Source of the DNA: Pelomyxa schiedti
Taxonomy: Eukaryota > Protista > Evosea
Length of the DNA: 64,000 nt
Assembly (NCBI GenBank): GCA_020536535.1
Contig: JAHLWZ010000845.1
Coordinates: 1-64,000, forward strand
Reading direction: 5' to 3'
The position numbers and the translations under genes were made by a program. The notes below the pieces were generated by a model. The model worked only from the letters and a program-made list of their open reading frames with translations, did no database searches and was not told the DNA's origin. Of the stretch, positions 1-10,317 are shown piece by piece (within the stretch, counting starts at the first letter, position 1; each line of letters begins with the position of its first letter).

Positions 1-213
1 ACCAGCGGGAAACAAGGGTAGAAGATGATACAGAGAAAAAGGTGGAAGCAGTCGTTGCCGCCACAACCTGAACATGTTAGTTAAACTGTAGTGGAACTGA
101 ATGGGGCATCAACCTTTGCCCATACGCCCCGAAACTACACTCCGAGACGGAACCTCAACTTCCAATTCTTGAGATTGAGAAGGGGTCCAAATTGGTTCCA
201 CTACAAAGCGCGA

Positions 214-2324
214 ATGGATTTCCTTTCGTCGGGCGTTGAGCACCTACTTGTCGCGCAGAAGTTGGAGCACAAAAACGACTTTGACGGGGCCTTCACCGAG
301 CACGTCAAGTGCATCGAGAACCTCCTCACGGGGCTCCGCCTCCACAAGTCGTCGACGTCGTCGCGAGGTGGGCCCGCGTCCAAGGCCTCCCCCAAACAGA
401 TTGAAGAAATCAGGCGCCTCCTCAAGGAGGAGTTTGCCCGCGCCGAGGAGCTCAAGAGTTACCTCCATCCAAATGCAACTGCACCTGCAAGTGCAAAGCG
501 AAATGCAACTGCAAGTTCATCCAACAGGGTACCTGTCTCCGGGCCAAAAAGACCCCCAGCTTCGGCGAATTCTCATGCTGCATCACCACCAAATGGTCAA
601 CGTAATTGTTGTAGCAATGGATCCCCTGTGACACCTTCTGGTTCTGCTTCCTCTCCCTCTCTGGGTTCAACTTCCAAGGATGAGAACCCGTCTCCTAAAC
701 CAGTGAGTGTGCTGGAACTTTGTGATTTTTGTGTACTGAGGGATTAATTGACAGGACACTGAGGATAAAACAGAGTCTACTGCGGATGCTAACTTGAGGA
801 GGGCTGTAAGTGAAGCTATATTGAGTGAAAAACCTTCTCTTACCTGGGACGATGTTGCTGGCTTGGATGAAGCCAAATCTGCCCTAGAAGTTTGTGCACT
901 CTTTGGCATACCCCATTCTAATAATCGCATAGGAAGCTGTTGTATTACCAAACAAGTTCCCTCAACTGTTTACTGGGAAAAGAAAAGCCTGGGGTGCGAT
1001 TTTACTTTTTGGGCCTCCTGGGACAGGTTTTCGTGCTTTTATTTGAGCTGCAACTGACAGTCTTTCAGGTAAAAGCTTCTTGGCAAAGGTTGATGCCCCA
1101 TTCAGTTCCACTACAGTTTAACTAACATGTTCAGGTTGTGGCGGCAACGACTGCTTCCACCTTTTTCTCTGTATCATCTTCTACCCTTGTTTCCCGCTGG
1201 TATCCATATGAAATTGCTCATAATTTTACCTAATCTCTAATAAGGTTGGGTGACTCAGAGAAAATGGTTTTTCAGAGTAATTTTTGGATTTTTTCATCAG
1301 CCACAGATACGAGAATTATTTTCACTAGCTGTAGAACGAAAGCCTTCTGTTGTATTTATTGACGAGATTGACAGTATCTGCACAGCAAGATCCGAGGGAG
1401 AGCATGAATCTATGAGAAGAGTCAAGGTTTTCACCCCTTTGACTCCTCTCAATGAGAGGCGGAGGAATAACCTTCTATTTCAGACAGAATTTATGATCCA
1501 GATGGATAAAGCGCTTGCAAACCCCGGTGTTCTTGTTCTTGGTGCTACCAACAGACCCTTTGACCTGGACTTAGCTGTCCTGAGGAGATTTCAAAAGAGA
1601 ATTCTTGTACCCCTGCCAGATAGCCGCGCTCGAGAAAAATTGCTCTCTCTCTCACTTGGTGAAGACTCGGCCAGCTTACCAGATGGCTACTTACGAACCC
1701 TGGCTGATAGGTTAGATGGATTCAGCGGAGCTGATATAAACATTTTAGTATGCCAATACCCCTAATTATATTGCACTGATTACTCACAACGCGATATCTT
1801 TCCTCCCTTTCCCTTCCTGAAATAAGGTAAGAGATGTTCTCCTCCAGCCTGTCCGTGAGGCAATGAGAGCAACACACTTCCTTGCAGTTAGCAAATCTCC
1901 CAGTAGACCAAATCACTCACCAATCACACTCTCATCCAGTCCAATTCCAATTCCCAGTCCCAGTCCTGATTCCACTCCAAAATCCCCCTCCTCAGCCCCC
2001 CCACCACCAACAGGCTCAACAGCAGCGTCTCCCATAACTGAAATTCCAGACACTCTCTACACACCTTGCTCGGCCGAAACCCCAAATGCCGCGTGCACCA
2101 GCATTTGGGATTTGCCCAAAAACAGCCTGCTTCTCACACCGGTTCAGCCGTCGCATTTCGACGCGACTCTGACCAAGCTGCGCCCCAGTGTGTCCCCTGC
2201 TGAGGTGGAAACATTTTTACATTGGAGGGACCAAAACACACCCCGTCAGCCGCGTCCATTGACTGGAAAGGACGATGCTGAAGTGGCCGAGTGTTCTGTG
2301 ACAACAGAGCAGGATAATGTGTAA
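214..2324 (+). CDS. VPS4: VPS4-like AAA+ ATPase (MIT domain, AAA, beta-domain, Vps4 C-terminal helix), multi-exon
   Basis: Spliced translation gives [53 protein letters not shown] (Walker A), SRWLGDSEK pore loop, VVFIDEIDS (Walker B), [18 protein letters not shown], and [14 protein letters not shown] beta-domain; N-terminal MIT-like helices from ATG 214. Confidence 0.9.
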
Positions 2325-2440
2325 ATTAAGGGGTTGTGGCTCATTTAAAGAAAGATAATTGGGCAGTAGCATGTATTCTCCACATATCCCAAAAGAAAAT
2401 GGAATTCTCATCAGACCGTAGGTTGGCTCAGGGCCAAGCT

Positions 2441-2827
2441 TCAGGGTAGGCTATTTTCAGAAAAGGAATCAGATATCAACTGGCCAGTGTTTTCGTACTG
2501 GAAAGGCTTCGTTGTGTTGGTACTGCAGGGAGTTGCAGGTTCAGACGTGAGCGACACGATTGCCAGGAGATCCGCGCTCTTTGGTTTTGCTGATGAAGAG
2601 GGTGTGGAACATGGAGCGGAAGAGATTGCGTCACGTGGGGGAGGGAATTTCCCTGAGAGGGCAAGGACGTCCAGTGAGGCTGACCAATCGTATGGCGCAG
2701 AGATCTTGGGCACTGCCGAAGACGCGCAACACACTGCAGGGTGTTTCTGTGCACTACAATTGTGTGCTAGCAGAGACGTAGGCTCGTGGTTGTTCCTCGC
2801 TTTCTTCTTTCTTCCTTTTGCCACCAC
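2441..2827 (-). CDS. possible hypothetical protein exon (128 aa open frame, no ATG of its own)
   Basis: Open frame filling the gap between VPS4 and the CAP gene; begins with GTG so needs an upstream exon; no recognisable motif. Confidence 0.3.
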   Translation of the reverse strand: MVAKGRKKKARNNHEPTSLLAHNCSAQKHPAVCCASSAVPKISAPYDWSASLDVLALSGKFPPPRDAISSAPCSTPSSSAKPKSADLLAIVSLTSEPATPCSTNTTKPFQYENTGQLISDSFSENSLP

Positions 2828-3088
2828 AAGCCTCCTGACAACGTGGATTAGACACGATCATTGATTGTGAAGAAAATAACCTTGTTCCACCCATCCAGTT
2901 TCTGGACTCAACACCACCTTTCCTCATCCGATTAAATACACAAAATGCAGTACTGATCTTCTTTTTGCACCTCCAGGGGAGTAGTGCCACAACCACCGCG
3001 AGGCTCCGATCTAGATGTGTCGATTCCCCAAATGGGTTTGGCGTAAGATCCCGGCCGAACAGAAAACCAAAACACAAAAAACGAGGGG

Positions 3089-5306
3089 ATGCGTATCGCC
3101 GTCTTGTTTCTGTTTGTACTTTTTACGTCGTGTTTCGGCAACGGTGTTCCCGATGCGAACGGATTTCCCAATGTGCTCGAGAGACAGGTTTGATCCTTTT
3201 TTTTTTTCTTTTCGAAGCTCAAGTTGTGCTGGAAATTGACTTTCTAAATGTTGTTTGGTTCAGTTCTTGGTGATGTTGAACATTGCCAGAGCTGATCCTC
3301 AAAGAGCTCTTGCCAATTGTGCTGGGCCTCCCAGTGGGGAATGCAAGGTTTTTTCACTCAGATTTTAATATTTTACACCTTGCTGACTGAGGCCAGGAAA
3401 AAGTTGGTTGTTATGTGCCTGTGCGCCCACTGGCCTATACATTAACTAATGCACATGCAGCTAGGTATGAAGTGTATTTTTTATCAATATCTTGTTATTA
3501 AATATCTTTTTACTCAGGTTTCATGCTCAGCATATGACCACAGGTGAGAGAAGGGCACACCGTTTTTCAATTTCTGATTTTCGTGAACTCTCAAATAGGT
3601 GGTTATTTTACTCATTCCTCGGACTGCCAATTGCTGTCCAATGTTTCCACCTCCTATCTTGGTGGCTCATGTTCCACTGCTGCAGCTTCGTGTTCCTGTG
3701 TTAATGGTACGACCACCTGTGGTAGTGGTTGCACCACTCCGTGGGCTCGAGTTGCCCTATTTGGCGGCAGTGCAAATGCTGAAGACATATCCAGCACTGA
3801 CGATCCTGCCATTTCACTTGGGATGTTCTTGACAGAAAATTCAACCACTACCGAATGTAAATATACATCATCAAACGGTCACCGGTAAAATATTCCGTAC
3901 ATAACTTGCAATAAATGATTATTTCTGCAGATTCTCGCTCTTAACATATGGGTTTGGAATGGGTGTTGGAGCTGCGGGAAAACTTGTTATAGATATGGGT
4001 ACCGCAACAGATGCTTCAGAGGATATTAAGTATTTTTTTTCTTCCCATACTTCCTTCTGACTCTGGAAAAGCCTCCCAAGTGGCATGAATCTCGGAACAA
4101 GCACCGCGGCAAAGTTTTGGGCAAACTGGTACCACCCCACACTGGCACCAATAGGAGCACATAAAGTGAATGTTGATGGGACATGCCACGACATGGCAGT
4201 GGGAGTATCACAAACAGCAAATAATACCGCCTATAATTACAATATGACGCTTTCTTCTGGCTGTCACTACTACTATTTCCTGTTTAGTGAGGATGGCATC
4301 ACGTCTCACACATACCCCTCCTCTGGTAGCCTTACCAGCGGCACCTCGTGTGGTGAGGGTTACTCTTCTTCCACAAGACCTGGTTTGGGCTCAAACTGTG
4401 GTGTGTATTGTGAAGTTTCAAGTTTTGGCTTACCACTTTAGATATTACCATCAAGTCTTCATCCGAGTCTCTTTCAGAATCCTCGTCTATTTCACGGTCA
4501 ACATCTTCCTCTACCTCTAGCTCAACCTCCTATTCCAACTCGAAGTCGGATTCTCGCTCTTTTTCATCTTCAGATGGCCCTTCACCGTCCCTCTCCCTCT
4601 CCCGTTCCGATTCTGGCTCAGGCTCAGGCTCTGGCTCTGGCTCAGGCGGCTCAGGCTCGGCTCCGGGTTCGGGCTCAGGCGGCTCAGGCTCAGCTCCGGG
4701 TTCGGGCTCAGGCGGCTCAGGCTCAGCTCCGGGTTCGGGCTCAGGCGCAGAGTCCCATTCCACTTCTATGAGCTCCCACGCATCGTCGGGCACACTATCA
4801 ACTTCCACAACCGGTTCAACATCGAACTCCTTCACTTCTAACTCTAACTCCAAGTCCACCCCTGCATCAGCATCCGGAGCTAGCACTTCCATACCTGAAT
4901 CGAACTCGCACTCTAGATCAACATCAACCTCCAATTCCAGGAGTCTTTCTGAAGAAACCTCCAAGTCACAGTCTAAATCGGCTTCTGAATCCACCTCCTC
5001 TCACCCCCACTCCGTCTCCAAATCCGAATCTGATTCGTACTCCTTTTCACACTCACACTCACACTCCGAATCCAACTCCTACTCTGAATCGCGGTCACGC
5101 TCGGAATCCGAATCCGAGTCTGAATCCGAATCAGAGTCAAGTGAAGAGTCTGAATCCACACCTTTCTCCCATGAAAGTGTCAGTGTTGCCTCACACAATG
5201 GTGGGTACTCCCGGTTTTTTCTGTCTTCCCCTAACTTCCCATAGGCGGTTCCTTTACTGTTGTGGTTGTACTGGGTGCCTTTCTTTTTTTCCTACTTTCC
5301 AATTGA
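3089..5306 (+). CDS. secreted, probably GPI-anchored CAP/SCP-domain protein with Ser/Gly/Glu-rich stalk
   Basis: Signal peptide MRIAVLFLFVLFTSCFG from ATG 3089; spliced GNGVPDANGFPNVLERQ-FLVMLNIARADPQRALANC, RFHAQHM, SNGHR-FSLLTYGFGMGVG (CAP-type motifs); second domain FWANWYHP..VNVDGTCH..GCHYYYFLF..YPSSGS; low-complexity stalk; last exon GGSFTVVVVLGAFLFFLLSN-stop (hydrophobic tail). Confidence 0.75.
4639..4747 (+). repeat. 33-bp coding tandem repeat, about 3.3 copies, encoding GSGGSGSAPGS
   Basis: ggctcaggcggctcaggctc(g/a)gctccgggttcg at 4639, 4672 and 4705 plus a partial copy. Confidence 0.95.
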
Positions 5307-5362
5307 AATGAAACAATGAAAAGAAAAATTGGAACTAGAAATAGAGGAAATCTTTTTTTTTC

Positions 5363-7530
5363 TCAACTATGTGATGCTGCGGGCTTCATTTTCACTAATT
5401 GCCGGAGAAAATGACTGGTGTTGGGTGCTTGTGATTCTATTGTTGTGGCGAACTCCAAGGTATTAATTGGTGCTGTGCCCACTAGAACCTCGTTACCAAA
5501 CATGAAGGAAGCTACTTCATTGAGTAACTCCCCACAAGGGGATTGTTCTTGGTGGGGTGAACTGAAGCCGGATTCGATGGAGTCGATGTGGGGGATCAAA
5601 AGGGCCAACATGAGGTCAGTACTGAGATTGCTTCTCAAGAGAAATTGCTTTTTCCAGGTGGATAGCCGGTGATGGAGAGAGTGTTTGTTTTGCGCATTAT
5701 TGGTGGTTATATTCGAGCCCGAGCCGGGTGGATGAGAGAGTTTCCCGTCAACATATAATTTGTATTCTTTATGTAGAAACGTACAGCAAGATTGTAGCCA
5801 GCTTCTAAAGGAGGTACTGTTTGTAAAAGGGTACAAATACCACGTGAGGTATTCCATAGCAGATGGCTAATACACGGTTATAGGAGTAGAAAAAGAGGGA
5901 TATTTACATCTATCTTCACACTCAGTGAGTAAATACAGAATTTTATCCAAGAATGAAATTGTGTCAGGGTATACCATACGTGATCTTGCGGAATTTTGTC
6001 ACTACATAGGAGTTTTTTGCGAACATTATTTGCATGGGTCAGTACATGCAAGTTGTAATCAAATCTTTTGGTGAGATCACACATTTCAACGCAACGCATT
6101 TCACAGAGAACCGCCACAAGAGGGTGAACACTCAGTTGATGGAAAGTACTTGTGGGAAGCAAAGTGAGGCATCTGGAGGTTTTTTCGGATATTTTCCGTT
6201 GCAACTGATCAATGAACCATACAACACCAACATCGCCAGCACTTGTTTCCAACGCATTGCGAAGAATGTTGGTTGCCTCCAAATACAACTTGGGACTCAT
6301 TGCCAGGGCACAAGAAATCACATTTGGTTTGGGATTGGTGAAGTCTTCGCTCCAACTGCAGTACCAAGTTTCTGACAGCAAGAGCAAAGATTCTTGCAGA
6401 AGTTTACGAGAACGTGCTAGCGAATGCAACAGAGTTTTGGCTAAAATGTTTGCCACAGTTGCGTTTTCCTGGTTACCACAAAACGAAAGGCACCTCCGCA
6501 AGTTTCGCCCCGAGCAGCCGCCGCCGTCGGAATTCGTCCCACAATCCCCATTGCACAACACAGCCACGGCGGATAAGATAGAGAGGATAGGCACCACCCA
6601 CTCCTGCTCCCCCAGCACCCCGTCCAACTCGTGGAGCAACGCGCACATCTCGGACCCATAAGCCGCCCCATGCGCAGGCCCGGGGCCGTGCTCGTTCTGC
6701 TGCTGACACAATTCATCCAGGGTGCTGCCCACGGAGGCCGCAACGACCTCCTCCTGCTCCCGCGCCACTGCCCTGAGTAAATCGGCCCGGCTGGCTCCCA
6801 TAACTGCCGTCATCATCTGTATCCCATCTTCCAGCACAGAGGACCAGCCGCACTTGGATGCTGCCTGTTGCTGCTGCTGCTGAGAAGCCGGGGGGGAAGT
6901 TGTAGTGGAAGTGCTGGCTGTCTTGGAACTGGCACAGGGGCCGGTTGGGGGCGAGGACCCCAGCGCAGAACACGGTGGACTGGCGGCACTAAACTGCTCT
7001 GCAACTGCCTGCCCACAGGAATTATGGGTGGCGCCGACAAGGGCCGCACGAGGAGGGAGTGCGACCGCCGGTCTCTTGTATTTACATCCACTAGCCCTCA
7101 AAACCATCGCCAAGAGTCTCACTTCGTCATCGGCCTGTTGCTGTTGCTGGTTCCTGTTCGCCGGCTGTTGTGGCTGCTGTGGCGGGATTGTGGGAGCCGA
7201 GGTGCAGCACCTCCACGTTGCGCAAGCCACTGAGCACAGCAGGACCGCTCCGCATACCCTGGGGGCGGACATGGCACAGCTGGAGGACGCGACGCGCTCC
7301 AGCAGCCTCAGGACGTGGGTTCGACGCCGGGCGCCGCCCATCCCGCCGTCGCACAGCAGCTGCGAGCCACCACCCGAGGAGCAGACGCGAGACGCCACGG
7401 ACTCGAGCAGAGAGCACAGGTCCGCCTCGGCATCCGCACCCAGGCCTTCGATGGGCTTCGACGACCACACAGCCAACTTGTCTGCGAGGCGACGGTCGCC
7501 TAAGGGATCCGTGTCTTGTGTTCTTTCTTT
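5363..7530 (-). CDS. hypothetical protein (long GC-rich exon with poly-Q plus 3' exon); start codon uncertain
   Basis: 604-aa ORF 5878-7692 and 164-aa ORF 5363-5857 are separated by a short intron-sized gap; protein-like composition, no family recognised. Confidence 0.6.
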
Positions 7531-7613
7531 CTTTTGAGTTTGTTCCAGGTGTTTTTTTTTCTCTTTGTTGTTGCTGTTCGTTCCTTCTTGTTTGGTTGGT
7601 TGGTGAGGGAGAC

Positions 7614-8510
7614 ATGTCGGGGCACGACGGGGTGGTGGCGGTGCTGTGGGATTTGGATGGCACGTTGTTAGACACGGAGTCGGTGTACACACGCGTCGCG
7701 GAGGAGATGGTGAAGCCGTTTGGGGCCACGTTCACGTGGGAGCTCAAGCAACAAGTGATGGGCAAGTCGCCCGCCGAAGCGTGCCGCATCGTGGTCAACG
7801 CACTCAATTTACCAATCTCCCCGGATGAGGTGCGTAGTGTTGGTTGTGCTTAGTTTTTTTTTTTTTTTTTTTGGCTGTGGTTTTGGAAGTTGCCTGCACA
7901 CAACGCAAACACTCAACAATGGATGTGGTTTGCAGTATTTTGCAAGCCGTAGCAAAAAGCAGAATGAAATGTGGCCACTGTGTAGTGCACTTCCTGGTGC
8001 ACAACGACTTGTGGAGTATTTCCACACACTGGGAATACCTCAGGCTGTAGCAACCGGAAGCAGTGCCGAGGAGTACCGGTTAAAGACATTAAACCACAGT
8101 ATGAGCTCTATCCCCCTCGTTACTCTTCATTCAATATCCAAAGGTTGGTTCCAGTTTATGAATGCAGTGGTAACCAGTGACAACCCAAATGTTAAGCGAA
8201 CAAAGCCACACCCCGACATCTTTCTGCATGCAGCTTCACAACTTGGTGTTACATCCAACTTTCACAAGGTACCAATGCAGTTTCGCTGTCACCCACACAA
8301 CATCATTTTCCCACCTAACATTGTGCTAATTAGGTTCTGGTGTTTGAGGACGCACCGTTGGGAATGCAGGCAGCTCTGGCTGCAGGAATGAAGGTGGTGG
8401 TTGTTCCTGATGAGAGAAACCGATCCCGTGTAAATGATGCCACATTTGTGCTGGACTCTTTGCTGCATTTTGATCCCACCTCATTTGGTCTTCCTGCACT
8501 ATCACACTGA
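7614..8510 (+). CDS. HDHD1: HAD-superfamily hydrolase, pseudouridine-5'-phosphatase (HDHD1/PUDP/GS1)-like
   Basis: Motif I WDLDGTLLDTE, motif II AVATGS, KPHPDIF, motif IV VFEDAPLG, C-terminal LDSLLHFDPTSFGLP. Confidence 0.88.
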
Positions 8511-8581
8511 AAGAAGAAATAGAAATAAATAAAGTGTTGTCTACAATATTCTTTCACGAGTTGTTTTGTATTACAGCAGGT

Positions 8582-10067
8582 TCATGTGAAATTTTTTCCC
8601 AGAGCCGGTGCAGTAATTCTGGTTGGGTCAGATTGATAGTTAGGTCGAGAATGAACCTGTATTTTCAGTGAGTATAAAATGATCTCTGTTCTCAGTTCCT
8701 TTGTAGTGCACAAAGCAAAGAATTTCAGCCACAACCAAAAAGAACAGGAACAAGTTCTTTCCCACAGAAATCTATTTTGCCAATTAACTTCTGAATAATA
8801 AGTCAAAAGGAACATACTACATAACTTGGAACAAATGATAGCAATACCACCGTTCGCTCTACAAGAAATAGGCACACCAACACTCCCACTACATAAGCGC
8901 GGGAGGCGGCTGTATAACGCGTTGCCGATACAGCTAGGCATAGAACCGAAACCGCAATGTACCAACATGCGGCTTACAAAGGTCACAGTGGAATTAACAT
9001 GAGAAAACGAACATACTTTTAATATAAGTCATGTTCCTAGAAATTGTTTCTTCTACCTATTTTAAAACGTTGTTACTAAATACAAAAGCGGGCAGTGTTA
9101 ACTTACCCAGATAACAGATTGGAGGGACTCCGATATATCTTTTTGTGCTCCCTGTAATTCTTTGGTTGTCTGCAGCATTTGAAGAATCAATTGAATGCCT
9201 TCTTGAGCGGACTTCATTTGCTCCTCCTAATCTTTGGGAGATTTATTTGTTCTCCTAGGATTTACAGTACCGAAGCCTTCTTTATGTTCTCTCCAAGTTT
9301 AACCGATGCCTCACTGAGTTCAGAGAACTGTTGTCGTGTATTGAAGAATTGCTCTTCTAATGTATCTACAGGGAGTTAATCGAGTGCAAAACTGTGGAAA
9401 TGCATACCACTCATTGTTGTCTGTGCTTCTAAGATATTTCCAACTGATCCTAAGAGGTGAGATGTTTCAGCCCCTAATTTTTGCATGTCGGCTGCAGTGT
9501 CTTGCACAGTTGAAAGGAGCGAGGAAACAGCTTCGTCAGACAGTTGTTGAAACAGCTCTGTTTAGTTGTCATTCAGGGCACAGCTCTTTTCAATTGAAAT
9601 CAAGAGTCTAGCCTTCTTGCAGGAAGTAACATATGCTCTCAGACTGGATATAGAACATAGTGTAAACAGAAAAAGCCTCTGAGTCCATATCCCTGCCCGT
9701 GTAAGTTTGTTGTTACCCGAGGAAGAAGCGGTTACTTTGTACACTGTTCCACGGTTTCACCCTCTTGGCAACCACGCACCGGTGCTCTGGCACTTCTTTC
9801 CATGTGACATTGCGTGAGTCTTACAGCAAACCTGCACCGCTCTTCGTCCAGCATTTTGGCACACATTAATCCTATGTCGGCCGTAGCGCGCAACCAGCAG
9901 GCACTAGTACGCGATCTGTCTTGTATCGTATGTAGTGCAGCACGGCCCGCCTCTCGCTTGTCCTCGTTCACAGATCTTGGGGTAGCCCGGAAGCCCATTT
10001 CTCCATTGGCACTCACAAGCAACGCCAGCAGGGACCAGTACCAGCATAGCAGCCAAGATCTCCGCAT
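8582..10067 (-). CDS. GEX1: GEX1/Kar5/Brambleberry family nuclear envelope fusion protein
   Basis: Signal peptide; Cys-rich domain SACWLRA..CAKMLDEERCRFAVRLTQCHMERSAR...C.EGETVEQCTK-DMDSEAFSVYTMFYIQSESICYFLQ; coiled-coil exons (EELFQQLSDEAVSSLL...); three C-terminal hydrophobic segments (..TAASRAYVVGVLVCLFLVER..). 3' end approximate. Confidence 0.85.
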
Positions 10068-10317
10068 TGATTGTTATATTTGCAAGAAATGCACCCAACA
10101 GAGGGATACACCGGTGCCCGGACCGGACGCCATTACTGTAGTGGTTTGGCACCATAAAATTATCGAGACTGACTGTTGGCCATCACTGGGTGGTCACTCT
10201 CGTGTGGCCTTTTTCCTGACAGGGAACACGCCAGGAACCTCTTTTGATCAAAAGGCCTCCACGATGGCTCAAACGCAAAGTGGTTTTCCGGGAAAGCGAA
10301 AAAACAAAGAAAAAAAA

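Noticed and set aside
7127-7807. 226-aa minus ORF and 6905-7537 plus ORF
   Set aside because: Off-frame or antisense shadows of the GC-rich exon and the HAD first exon; Arg/Ala/Pro-rich with no motifs.
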